Source: an uncultured Gemmatimonadota bacterium (lineage in GTDB: Bacteria; JAAXHH01). Taken from it: DNA of 64,000 nucleotides. The notes below the pieces were generated by a model. The model made no database searches, was not told where the DNA came from, and saw only the letters and a list, made by a program, of their open reading frames with translations. The stretch is taken from positions 928,001 through 992,000 of the forward strand of contig OX638340.1 of NCBI GenBank assembly GCA_951812955.1, given 5' to 3'. Shown in pieces: positions 1-9,454 of the stretch (the first letter of the stretch is position 1; every line of letters begins with the position of its first letter). The position numbers were made by a program, and so were the translations under genes.

Positions 1-1388
1 AGGAAATCACCGTCGAAATCGATCCCGACCTGGAGATCAGCGCCATCGCGGACCGCGTGGTCAAACGGAACGGTCCCGCGTTGTTGTTCACCAACGTCAA
101 GGGCCATGCTGGTATTCCCGTGCTGATCAATACCTTCGGGTCGAAGCGCCGCATGGAACTGGCGCTGGGCGCGGAAGACCTCGACGACATCGCGGCCGAG
201 ATCGCCGAACTGATCAATCCCCGGATGCCGGCCTCGCTCGCGGGAAAGCTGCAGATGCTGCCCCGGCTTGCCCGGTTGAAGGACACCCAGACGCGGACCG
301 TCCGCAACGGCCCCTGCCAGGAGGTAGTGGAGACGGACACAGCGTCCTTCGAAACCCTTCCGGTCATCAAATGCTGGCCCGGCGACGGCGGGAAGTACAT
401 CACCTTCCCCCAGGTCATTACGAAGCATCCCGAAAAGGGGACGCGCAACGTGGGTATGTACCGGCTGCAGGTCTTCGACGACAAGACGCTGGGACTGCAC
501 TGGCAGCGTCACAAGGGTGGGGCCCACCACTACCACGTCGCGGAACAGGCCGGTAAGCGGCTGGAAGTCGCCGTCGTCCTCGGCCCCGATCCGGAGACCA
601 TGTACGCCGCGACGGCGCCCCTGCCCGACGAGATCGACGAATACATGCTGGCCGGGTTTCTCCGCAGGCGGCCGGTGGAGCTAGTAAAGTGCCGGACGGT
701 GGACCTGGAGGTGCCGGCCAACGCCCAGATCGTGCTGGAAGGCTACGCCGAGCCCCGCGAACGGCGTGTCGAGGGTCCCTTCGGCGATCACCAGGGTTAT
801 TACTCGCTGACCGACGAATACCCGGTATTTCACCTTACGGCCATCACGCGAAGAAAAGAACCCATCTATCCCACGATCATCGTCGGGCCGCCTCCGCAGG
901 AAGACGGTTGGCTCGGGAAGGCCACCGAACGCATTTTCCTGCCGCTCCTCAAGACCACGCTACCGGAGATCGTGGACATCGACCTGCCCATCGAAGGCAT
1001 TTTTCACAACCTGGCCATCGTATCTATCGACAAACGCTATCCGGGCCACGCCCGGAAGGTGATGCATGCCCTCTGGGGCCTGGGCCAGATGATGTTCACC
1101 AAGGTGATTATCGTTGTGGACAAGGACGTGGACGTGCATAATATGAGGGAGGTCGCCTGGCGGGTCGGGGTATCCATCGATCCGAAACGGGATCTGTTGA
1201 TCAGCGAGGGACCTTGTGACGTCCTGGATTTCGCCGCGCAGACCGCGGATGTAAGTGGCAAGCTGGGCATCGACGCCACCGAGAAATGGCCGGACGAAGG
1301 GTTCGACCGGGGATGGCCGGAAATCCTGCGCATGCCCGACGAGGTCGACCGGCGCATCGATGCGCTATGGCCGAAGCTGGATCTTTGA
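1..1388 (+). CDS. UbiD-family decarboxylase; 5' partial, reading frame enters at the window start (EITVEIDPDLEISAIADRVVKRNGPALLF...)
   Basis: Full-length similarity to UbiD / 3-octaprenyl-4-hydroxybenzoate carboxy-lyase (LLFTNVKG, GGKYITFP motifs). It sits directly upstream of mqn genes, so it is probably the futalosine-pathway UbiD homolog. Confidence 0.8.
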   Translation, partial: EITVEIDPDLEISAIADRVVKRNGPALLFTNVKGHAGIPVLINTFGSKRRMELALGAEDLDDIAAEIAELINPRMPASLAGKLQMLPRLARLKDTQTRTVRNGPCQEVVETDTASFETLPVIKCWPGDGGKYITFPQVITKHPEKGTRNVGMYRLQVFDDKTLGLHWQRHKGGAHHYHVAEQAGKRLEVAVVLGPDPETMYAATAPLPDEIDEYMLAGFLRRRPVELVKCRTVDLEVPANAQIVLEGYAEPRERRVEGPFGDHQGYYSLTDEYPVFHLTAITRRKEPIYPTIIVGPPPQEDGWLGKATERIFLPLLKTTLPEIVDIDLPIEGIFHNLAIVSIDKRYPGHARKVMHALWGLGQMMFTKVIIVVDKDVDVHNMREVAWRVGVSIDPKRDLLISEGPCDVLDFAAQTADVSGKLGIDATEKWPDEGFDRGWPEILRMPDEVDRRIDALWPKLDL

Positions 1389-1403
1389 TTCAGGGAGAAT
1401 CGG

Positions 1404-2570
1404 ATGTTTGAAGCACTGATCGCCGAAGCAGGCCTTGAGGACATACACGGGAAAGTCGTGGCGGGCGAGCGGCTTTCTGCCGATGACGGGAGAAGGCTGT
1501 ACCGGCACGGTAACCTGCCGGCCGTCGGCTACCTGGCTAATCTCGTTCGCGAGCGCATGCACGGCGAACGGGTCTACTTCGTGCGTAACCAGCACCTGAA
1601 CTACACCAACATCTGCAACAAAAGCTGCCTCTTCTGTTCCTTTTACGCCCTGCCTAAAGATCCGGAAGGATACGTGCTTTCGCCCGACGACATCAGGACG
1701 CGGATGGAGACCTACTCGGACATGCCGATCTCCGAGATCCACATGGTCGGCGGAGTGAACCCCAGGTTGCCCTACGCCTATTACCTGGATATCGTCCGGG
1801 CGATCAAGGAAATGCGGCCTGGCGTGTCGCTCAAGGCCTTCACCATGATCGAGCTTGAGCAGATCCGTAGAATCGCCAAAAAACCCATGGACGAGACCCT
1901 GGCGGACCTGAAAGAGGCCGGGGTGGACGCGCTGCCTGGAGGCGGCGCCGAGGTTTTCAGCGAAAGGGTGCACGAGGAATTGTTCCAGGCCAAATCGGAC
2001 TCCGATAAATGGCTGGAAACCGCGCGCGTAGCACACGAGGTGGGTCTGCCCTCCAACGCGACCATGCTGTACGGCCACGTGGAGCAGACGGAGGAAAAGG
2101 TCTATCACCTCATGAAACTTCGGGAATTGCAGGATGAAACGAACGGGTTCCTGGCCTTCATTCCCCTTTCGTGGCACCCGGAGCGCACGGCTATCGAACA
2201 CCTGCCCGGACCGACGGGTCAGATGGACCTTCGGGAGATCGCGGTCGCACGGCTCATGCTGGACAACGTGCCCCATATCAAGTCGTTCTGGATCATGAAC
2301 ACCCCCGCGGTAACTCAGGTGGGACTGTGGTACGGCGCGGACGACATGGACGGCAGCGTCCTGGAGTACGAAATCACCCGCGATCCCGTTACCGACCGTG
2401 TGCAGGCCCTGACCCATCCCCAGATGCTCGACATGATCAGCGAGTCGGGCCGGCAGCCCGTCGAGCGCGACGCGCTCTACAACGTCGTGGACCGGCCGGA
2501 ATCGATTCGGCCGGCCTATCTGGATCCGGTCGGCGGTGCCACGGCCGACGCCCTCGCGAGCGCAGGATGA
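1404..2570 (+). CDS. mqnE: Radical SAM enzyme of the MqnE/MqnC family (aminofutalosine synthase-like)
   Basis: CNKSCLFCSF radical-SAM cysteine triad at the N-terminus. Its overall architecture matches MqnC/MqnE and it is a paralog of the next gene. Which paralog is MqnE and which is MqnC cannot be settled by eye. Confidence 0.6.
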   Translation: MFEALIAEAGLEDIHGKVVAGERLSADDGRRLYRHGNLPAVGYLANLVRERMHGERVYFVRNQHLNYTNICNKSCLFCSFYALPKDPEGYVLSPDDIRTRMETYSDMPISEIHMVGGVNPRLPYAYYLDIVRAIKEMRPGVSLKAFTMIELEQIRRIAKKPMDETLADLKEAGVDALPGGGAEVFSERVHEELFQAKSDSDKWLETARVAHEVGLPSNATMLYGHVEQTEEKVYHLMKLRELQDETNGFLAFIPLSWHPERTAIEHLPGPTGQMDLREIAVARLMLDNVPHIKSFWIMNTPAVTQVGLWYGADDMDGSVLEYEITRDPVTDRVQALTHPQMLDMISESGRQPVERDALYNVVDRPESIRPAYLDPVGGATADALASAG

Positions 2571-2600
2571 CTCCATGCATCACGAGCGCAGGATGACTTC

Positions 2601-3725
2601 ATGATTGCAGATATCGCAGAAAAGGTCCTGGCCGGCGCCCGCCTGAGCGCCAACGACGGACGCCGTCTGTTCCGGCACCCGAACGTTACAGAACTGGGCA
2701 TGTTGGCCGACCACGTGCGTCGACGGAAGCACCCCGAACCGGTAGTGACATACAATATCGGCCGTAACATCAATTACACCAACGTGTGCTGGGTGCGGTG
2801 CAAGTTTTGCGCTTTCTACCGCCCGCCGGGCGATGGCGAAGGATACACGCTCCCAGACGAGGAGATTTTCGCCAAGGTCGAGGAACTGATCGACGTCGGG
2901 GGTGACGCGGGGGAGTCCTGCGAGATCCTCATGCAGGGCGGACTCAATCCCAGGCTGAAGATCGACTATTATGAAACCCTCTTCTCGGAAATCACCCGTC
3001 GCTATCCCGCGGCCTATCTCCATTCGCTTTCCGTAGCGGAAATCGTTTACCTCGCCCATATCTCCCGGATCTCGGTCGAAGAAGCGCTGGTCCGTCTGCG
3101 CGCGGCTGGATTGAAGTCCCTCCCGGGCGCCGGCGCCGAAATCCTAGACACCGAAGTCCGCGACGCCATCGCCTTCCGTAAGGAAACGGTTCAGGAGTGG
3201 TTGGACGTACACAGCCTGACCCATCGGCTGGGCATGAAATCGACGGCGACCATGATGTTCGGATCGGTGGAAACCGTCGAGCACCGATTGAATCACCTCC
3301 TCCGTGTTCGCGAAGTACAGGACGAGTCGCTCGCACGCCACGACGGTTACTTCACGGCATTTATCGCCTGGAGCTTCCAACCCGAAGGCACCGAACTGCC
3401 CGATACGCGAAAGGCTACGGGATACGATTACCTGCGGACAGTAGCCATTGCCAGGCTTATGTTGGACAACATAGAGAACATCCAGGCTTCCTACGTAACG
3501 CAGGGACCGAAGATCGCGCAGATCGCTCTCGGTTACGGCGTGAACGATTTCGGCAGCACCATGATGGAAGAAAACGTCATCAGCGCCGGCGGCACGAGTT
3601 TCGTGATGCCCACCCCGGAGATCGAGCGGCTGATCGGCGACGCGGGGTTTATTCCGCGCCGGCGCAACACGCGGTATGAATTCGTAGAAAACGGCACTCC
3701 CGCAAATCATGAATCCGCAGTATAG
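2601..3725 (+). CDS. mqnC: Radical SAM cyclic dehypoxanthinyl futalosine synthase-like (MqnC/MqnE family)
   Basis: NINYTNVCWVRCKFCAFY motif. It is the second paralog of a radical-SAM pair in a futalosine-pathway context. Confidence 0.6.
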   Translation: MIADIAEKVLAGARLSANDGRRLFRHPNVTELGMLADHVRRRKHPEPVVTYNIGRNINYTNVCWVRCKFCAFYRPPGDGEGYTLPDEEIFAKVEELIDVGGDAGESCEILMQGGLNPRLKIDYYETLFSEITRRYPAAYLHSLSVAEIVYLAHISRISVEEALVRLRAAGLKSLPGAGAEILDTEVRDAIAFRKETVQEWLDVHSLTHRLGMKSTATMMFGSVETVEHRLNHLLRVREVQDESLARHDGYFTAFIAWSFQPEGTELPDTRKATGYDYLRTVAIARLMLDNIENIQASYVTQGPKIAQIALGYGVNDFGSTMMEENVISAGGTSFVMPTPEIERLIGDAGFIPRRRNTRYEFVENGTPANHESAV

Positions 3726-3859
3726 GCGAACGTACGCCCGGGCCCAACCCGCTCGTCCCGCCCAACCTGGCGGATTCGCCAATACCGCGACCACCTGGAT
3801 GAACAGGCTGTAATCACCGCCGGAAGGCGTTGACGGAGCAACCGGCGGACGATTGAAGC

Positions 3860-4675
3860 ATGGTCTCTAAAACCCGTCTTAACGCCGTGAGTTTTCTGAA
3901 TACCAGGCCCTTGACCTATGGCCTGGAACGCGGAGGCCGGGATCACGGATTCGAAATCCTCTATGATATCCCCTCCGTATGCGCCAGGCAGGTGAGGACG
4001 GGCGAAGCCTCGGCGGGCGTCATTCCCAGCATCGAATACGCACGCAGTGCGGTACCTTACTCAATCGTTCCCGAGGTATCCATCGCATCCAACGGTCCAG
4101 TCGCCAGCATTCTACTGTTCCACAGGGTGCCGGTCCGGGGCATCCGAAAGGTCGCGATGGATGTGAGTTCCCGGACAGCCGCGGCCCTGGTCCATATCGT
4201 CCTGTATGAGCGGTACGGCCTGGAAATCGAATCGGTCGACCACCCGCCGGACGTATCTGCGATGCTTGAACGGGCGGACGCGGCCCTGGTCATCGGCGAT
4301 CCTGCCCTGGAGAATACGAACCGGCCCGAACCCCGTCTGGACCTGGGGCAGGCATGGCGGGAACTGACCGGGTTGCCTTTTGTGTACGCCTTCTGGGCGG
4401 GGAAGGATGGTGGTCTCACGCCCGGCGAGGTCGAACTGCTGATCGCGTCGAAGAACCAGGGGATGTCCGCCTTCGACGAGATCGCCGAAGTTCACGCGAG
4501 GGACCGCTCACATCCGACTTCGTACTACGCGTCGTACCTCAGCGATAACCTGGTTTACGACCTGGGAGAAGAGGAACAACGAGGACTCATGGAGTTTTAC
4601 GGGATGGCCCATGTTCGCGGCCTGATCCCGTACGTACCGGAATTGCGTTTTTATCCGCGTCAAGGAAGGAGATGA
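3860..4675 (+). CDS. mqnA: Chorismate dehydratase / futalosine synthase MqnA
   Basis: N-terminal VSFLNTRPL motif and a periplasmic-binding-protein-like fold typical of MqnA. Neighbouring mqnC/mqnE genes give cluster context. Confidence 0.72.
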   Translation: MVSKTRLNAVSFLNTRPLTYGLERGGRDHGFEILYDIPSVCARQVRTGEASAGVIPSIEYARSAVPYSIVPEVSIASNGPVASILLFHRVPVRGIRKVAMDVSSRTAAALVHIVLYERYGLEIESVDHPPDVSAMLERADAALVIGDPALENTNRPEPRLDLGQAWRELTGLPFVYAFWAGKDGGLTPGEVELLIASKNQGMSAFDEIAEVHARDRSHPTSYYASYLSDNLVYDLGEEEQRGLMEFYGMAHVRGLIPYVPELRFYPRQGRR

Positions 4676-5637
4676 TCATGGCATCGGCAACAACGGTCGG
4701 CATCGGCACGGGAAGCAACCGCCGCGAGAACGTGCGCGTGGCGGTGGAACGCTCCGCCCCGCAATTGGCCTCCCTCATGGGGGAAGAGGTCATGCTCAAG
4801 CCTAATTTCCTCTCCGGCACCAACCCGGTGGTATGCACCCACCCGGACGCGGTCCGCGGCGTGCTGGACGTCATCATGACCCTGCCGGAGAAACCGCGCC
4901 GGGTACTGATCGCAGAGGGCGGCAATGAATCCGTGCCGGGAGAGTGCTTCCGTCACATGGGATACACCGACATCCCGGACGAATACGACATCCCCATCGA
5001 ACTGGTGGACCTGAACCAGGAGACCAGGTGGCGAAATACCCGGGTGTACATGGTCGACGGCACCTGGACTACGGTCAGGATGCCGCGTACCGTGCTGGAC
5101 TGTCCCTGCGTTATCTCGGTCGCCGTGGCCAAGACCCATGACGGCGCCATGGTTACCCTGGCGCTGAAGAATCTCATCATGGGTACGATATTGAAGAAAG
5201 ACCGAATCAAGGTCCATGGCTATACGACCCACCACGACCGGCGCCATCCTCCGGAAGCCCGGGCGCTCAGCAGGAACCTGATCCGCCTCGCCCGCCACCT
5301 CTACCCCCACTACAGCGTGGTGGACGGTACGGTCGGCATACAGGGTAACGGTCCAGGGGGAACTGACACCGTGCCGCTGGGCCTGGCGGCGGCCGGGGAG
5401 GACACCATCGCCGTGGACGCCGTCATTTCAAAGGCCATGGGATTCGAACCATTGGAGGTGGGAACGGTATTCTACGGGGACGCAATCGGCCTGGGCGTGG
5501 GCGATCTGGAACGCATCTGCGTGAACGGCGGACGGCTGGATGAACTTGCCCTGTCCTTCAAGGGGCATGAATCCATCGATCTGCAGCGTCAGTGGGCTTT
5601 CGAAGGCGCGTGGGAATCGGCGGCGGTCGGCGGTTGA
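4672..5637 (+). CDS. DUF362 domain protein
   Basis: The start codon overlaps the mqnA stop (ATGA), which suggests translational coupling. DUF362-like composition (KPNF..., VVDG, GNGPGGTD). Its stop codon lies inside the first unit of a 22-bp tandem repeat. Confidence 0.55.
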   Translation: MIMASATTVGIGTGSNRRENVRVAVERSAPQLASLMGEEVMLKPNFLSGTNPVVCTHPDAVRGVLDVIMTLPEKPRRVLIAEGGNESVPGECFRHMGYTDIPDEYDIPIELVDLNQETRWRNTRVYMVDGTWTTVRMPRTVLDCPCVISVAVAKTHDGAMVTLALKNLIMGTILKKDRIKVHGYTTHHDRRHPPEARALSRNLIRLARHLYPHYSVVDGTVGIQGNGPGGTDTVPLGLAAAGEDTIAVDAVISKAMGFEPLEVGTVFYGDAIGLGVGDLERICVNGGRLDELALSFKGHESIDLQRQWAFEGAWESAAVGG

Positions 5638-5706
5638 AACGGCGGCGGTCGGCGGTTGAAACGGCGGCGGTCGACGGTTGAAACGGCGGCGGTCGACGGT
5701 TGAAAC
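5619..5706. repeat. Four tandem copies of the 22-bp unit ggcggcggtcg(g/a)cggttgaaac, plus a partial fifth
   Basis: Read directly from the sequence. Each unit repeats the last codons of the DUF362 gene (AAVGG) together with the TGA stop. It lies in a convergent intergenic region. Confidence 0.9.
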
Positions 5707-5737
5707 GGCGGGGACACAGGCATCTACAGGTTTGAGA

Positions 5738-7006
5738 TCAATGCCCCGGCAGGACATCTGGGACGCGCAGCACCTCTTCTTCCGTGTTGTAGAAGTGCGG
5801 TGAAATGCGAATGCCACCCCCGCGGCGGGCGCCGATAATCTGGTGGCTTCGCAACGTTCGATGCAGGTCTTCGGTCTCGTGGACCGGGCTGTCGAAGGTC
5901 ACGATACCCGACCATTCGGACTCGCCCCGTGGACTCAGGACGCGGAAGCCCGAGTCGCACAGGGCTTCGGCCAGTCGGTCGGTCAACTGGCGCAGCCTCT
6001 CCTGTACAACGTCGATACCCACCTCCAGCAGCAGTTCCAGCGAAGCCCCCAGCGCGTGTATGCCCAGCGTGTTGTGGGATCCGCATTCGAAGCGGCGCGC
6101 CGTCGGCGCCGGGGTCGGATCGTAGACGTCGTAGTTGCCCGCATTAGCCACCGAATTCCAACCCACCTCGTAGAGCCTCAACTGCTCGGTCATGTGTGGC
6201 GCGCAGTAGAAGATGCCGATCCCTTCGGGACTCAGAAGCCATTTGTGTCCATCGGCCGTGAGGATGTCGATATTCATCGCATCCACGTCAACCGGAGTCT
6301 GACCGAGGGATTGTATGGCGTCGACGACGAAACAGACGCCCTTTTCCCGGCATAGAGCGCCGATCGCAGCAATGTCGTTGCGGAATCCGTTACCGTACTC
6401 GACGTGGCTGATGGAGACTGCGCGCGTCCTGGAATCGATCCTGTCCGAGATCGCATCCACCGTGAGACGGCCGTCCACGGACTTGACCATCCGCGTTTCC
6501 ACTCCGTCTCGCGAGAGATTAAGCCACGGATATACGTTGGATGGAAATTCGAGGTCGTTCAGGACCACGTTGTCGCCCCTGCGCCAGTCGATGCCGTTGG
6601 CGGCAAAACAGAGCCCTTCCGTGGTATTCTTGACAAATGCGATCTGACTGGGATCGGCGTTGATCAGCCTGGCCGACCGGGACCGGGCGGTCTCGATAGC
6701 CGATTCCCAGTCGCGGTAGTTGGAGGCGGCGTACTCGCTGAAATCCGCTGCATAGGCTCGCACGGCCTCGAAGGCGCGGCCGGGCAACGTGCCGACCGCA
6801 GCGTGGTTCAGGTAGGTACAGTGGTGGACAACAGGAAATTCCTGGCGGATGCGGTCCAGGTTCAATAGAGGCCGTTCCGGTTCTGCGGGAAGGAGCAGGT
6901 TGGTGACTGCCGCCGATTGATGCGAAGCCGGGATCGATTCGAAAGCGGTCCGATCAGAAACTTGCCGCGGCGTCCTCCGTCGAGTCGAAAATATTGAATA
7001 CGGCAT
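5738..7006 (-). CDS. Class V PLP-dependent aminotransferase / cysteine-desulfurase-like; start uncertain, probably internal near 6865-6898
   Basis: ADGHKW PLP-lysine motif and class V fold. The listed ORF 5' end overlaps the upstream STAS gene by 52 nt, so a later CTG or TTG start is likely. Confidence 0.7.
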   Translation of the reverse strand: MPYSIFSTRRRTPRQVSDRTAFESIPASHQSAAVTNLLLPAEPERPLLNLDRIRQEFPVVHHCTYLNHAAVGTLPGRAFEAVRAYAADFSEYAASNYRDWESAIETARSRSARLINADPSQIAFVKNTTEGLCFAANGIDWRRGDNVVLNDLEFPSNVYPWLNLSRDGVETRMVKSVDGRLTVDAISDRIDSRTRAVSISHVEYGNGFRNDIAAIGALCREKGVCFVVDAIQSLGQTPVDVDAMNIDILTADGHKWLLSPEGIGIFYCAPHMTEQLRLYEVGWNSVANAGNYDVYDPTPAPTARRFECGSHNTLGIHALGASLELLLEVGIDVVQERLRQLTDRLAEALCDSGFRVLSPRGESEWSGIVTFDSPVHETEDLHRTLRSHQIIGARRGGGIRISPHFYNTEEEVLRVPDVLPGH

Positions 7007-7286
7007 CCAGTCGGGTTACGACGACGAGCACGTTGTGCGTGCGTTCGCTCAGGTTGGCCAGCCTCAGGTCGCCTCCGGCCTCGCGGAGGGTCTTGGCGCT
7101 GCCTACGAGCGCGCCGACACCGGAACTGCTGATGAGGTTCAACCTGCCGAGATCTACTACGGCTCCGGTCGTACCTTCGGACTTCAACGCCCTTACACGA
7201 TCGTGGAAGGCGGTCACTTCGGGATCGCCCAGGAAGCTGCCAACGAGTTCGATAACCGGTACTCCGTTAATCCTGCGTTCGTTCAT
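6954..7286 (-). CDS. STAS-domain anti-sigma factor antagonist (SpoIIAA-like)
   Basis: 110-aa protein MNERRINGVPVIELVGSFLGD...LISSSGVGAL with a conserved phosphorylatable Ser motif. The ATG is at 7284-7286 on the minus strand. Confidence 0.7.
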   Translation of the reverse strand: MNERRINGVPVIELVGSFLGDPEVTAFHDRVRALKSEGTTGAVVDLGRLNLISSSGVGALVGSAKTLREAGGDLRLANLSERTHNVLVVVTRLDAVFNIFDSTEDAAASF

Positions 7287-7504
7287 TACACGTCCCCTTC
7301 GTCTGTACGCTGCTGAAGCGAAAACCGGCCTTTTGAATGTGCCATCATTAAACACCTCGTATTCGGTTTCCGCAAGGATAAATTGCGCGGGGGCAGGTAG
7401 ACCCGTCCGGGGCATTGGTGCGGCAGGGACGCGGCAGAGCAGCGGCACGGCAGGGACGCGGTGTGCACGACGGCCGTCCGTCCATTTCCTGCACCTGCCG
7501 ATGG

Positions 7505-9199
7505 TCACGGATTCGACGCGAAAACGGCGGTCTCGGCGCCCGCGGCGCTGTATCCCGGGCAGAACCCCGCCTCGATGTAGGGACAGGGACTCCGGGCGAT
7601 GATCACGCGGATACCTGCCTGGCGCAGGCCCTTGCCGATCACGTCTCGTGTCCGGACTTCGTCCCACGGATCGACGGTTTCGTTCAGCGAGACCGGACAG
7701 GCTCCCACGATATCGTCTATACTAAGCGCCGTCGTCTCGTGGCCCAGTTCGGTTCCGCCCAGGTTGGGTGTACCCTGGAACCCGGACAGGGCCGTCGTGG
7801 CGTTGTCCAGTATGAGGATGAGCAGATCCGACCCCTGGTGGACCACATTGAACAGCGCGTTTGCGCTCAGGTGGAAGAAGTCGGAATCCCCGACGACGGC
7901 AATCACCGGGTCGGTCACGCCGGACAGAACGAGACCCGATGCGATTCCGATGCTCGAACCCATGGAATACTTCACGTCGAGCATCTCGAAGGGCGGCGTA
8001 TTGATCTTGATCGCGCAACCGGGATCGACCACGTACACCGGCGACATGCCGTATCGCGCACTCAAATCGCGCAGGATTTCGAAAACCGGTGTATAGGGGC
8101 AGTTCGACGGCAGTCCGGCCTCGCTGGGCAGGTACTTCTGTTCGTCTTCCGGCGAGAAGTCTCGGTCGGGTTTATAACCGGGGACGAAACCGGCCAGGGA
8201 CTCCGCGATCTGCCAGCGGAACAACTCCCCTTCCCGCGGCACGGCCCGGTCGTGCTTGCCGCTGACCGGCGTCGATATCTTCGCATCATAGGCAACCGAC
8301 TTGATCAACGTTTCCAGAAAGGGCTCGTTCTCTTCCAGTACCAGGGTTTTCTCCGTCGAACGTAGAAATCCGGTGATCTGGTCGGCGGGCAGCGGCCACA
8401 GGGTGGACAGCTTGAGGATGGACAGACCGGAAGTGTCCGCCCCATGAAGCACGTCCATCAACTTGGTGTGAATTACGCCCGCGGCGATTATGCCGGTCTT
8501 TCCCGTGCCGGTTACGGTGTTGAAATCCGCCCGTTCGAAATGCCGCGCGATCGATTCGAGCCGGTCGTGCAGACGCCTGTGCAATCGGACGGCGTTTCCG
8601 GGAACCGAAATCCACCGCATGGGATGCCGTTCGAAGGCATGGGGCCGCACGTAAGTCGTACGAGGAATCTCTGGTCGTTCCAGTTCTTCTTCCATCGTGC
8701 CGAAGGATTTCGTGATCCGCACGATGAAGGGCATCTGCGTTTCGCGGGAAAGCCGGAACGCCTCCCGCGTCATTGCGATCCCTTCCGAGGGTGTCGCCGG
8801 TTCCAGCATGGGCAGTTCGCTACCCCAGGCGATCGGACGGGTATCCTGGTCGTTCTGGGAGGCCCATGCGCCCGGATCGTCCCCGAGCAGGATGACCAGC
8901 CCCGCGCCCACGTCCGTCAGGTTGGCCACCATGACGGCGTCGAGTGCGACGTTGAACCCGACGCCCTTGCACCCCATCAGGGCCGGCACCCCTCCGATGG
9001 ACGCGCCGACCGCCGTCTCAAAGGCGACCTTTTCGTTGGCGGACCATTCAACGTGCAGACCGTGACTGTCCACGAAGCCGCGCAGGAACTCGATGGTGCT
9101 GCTGCTCGGCGAACCAGGATAGCTTGTCGCCACCGCGACACCCGACTGCAGTGCGCCGTAGGCGATGGCCTGGTCACCGGTGATTCGCATCCCGGCCAC
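7505..9199 (-). CDS. Indolepyruvate/2-oxoacid:ferredoxin oxidoreductase alpha-subunit-like TPP enzyme (IorA-like)
   Basis: Full-length IorA-like N-terminal and TPP-binding regions. The C-terminal ferredoxin domain is short or absent, and there is no adjacent iorB. Confidence 0.6.
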   Translation of the reverse strand: MAGMRITGDQAIAYGALQSGVAVATSYPGSPSSSTIEFLRGFVDSHGLHVEWSANEKVAFETAVGASIGGVPALMGCKGVGFNVALDAVMVANLTDVGAGLVILLGDDPGAWASQNDQDTRPIAWGSELPMLEPATPSEGIAMTREAFRLSRETQMPFIVRITKSFGTMEEELERPEIPRTTYVRPHAFERHPMRWISVPGNAVRLHRRLHDRLESIARHFERADFNTVTGTGKTGIIAAGVIHTKLMDVLHGADTSGLSILKLSTLWPLPADQITGFLRSTEKTLVLEENEPFLETLIKSVAYDAKISTPVSGKHDRAVPREGELFRWQIAESLAGFVPGYKPDRDFSPEDEQKYLPSEAGLPSNCPYTPVFEILRDLSARYGMSPVYVVDPGCAIKINTPPFEMLDVKYSMGSSIGIASGLVLSGVTDPVIAVVGDSDFFHLSANALFNVVHQGSDLLILILDNATTALSGFQGTPNLGGTELGHETTALSIDDIVGACPVSLNETVDPWDEVRTRDVIGKGLRQAGIRVIIARSPCPYIEAGFCPGYSAAGAETAVFASNP

Positions 9200-9454
9200 G
9201 AAACGCTCCTGTTAAATGTAAAACAGCCTGTGAATGAACGGGTGAATATAGACTTTCACCCCATCCCGGTCAAGCGATTACCATCGTGGAGAACCGGTCA
9301 GAAACCGCTTGCGACCGTTTCGCTGTCCGGCTATATTTGACCCGTTTCCTCTTAAGGTATGGCAACAGGATTCGGATGGCGCGCGCATTTCCACGGCGGT
9401 CGTTCGTTCCACGCTTTCCGCTCCGAATATCCTCTCAATCGACGGAGTATTGGA

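Noticed and set aside
1365-2576. A 403-aa minus-strand ORF antisense to mqnE, and many similar long antisense ORFs. Examples: 3144-3794, 4660-5310, 8444-9340, 18656-19996, 28645-30039, 41296-42432, 42937-44169, 51488-53206, 56060-58051, 60013-61065.
   Set aside because: They lie entirely within recognisable genes on the opposite strand. They have an R/G/A/H/P-rich composition typical of antisense frames in high-GC DNA, with no motifs or family resemblance.
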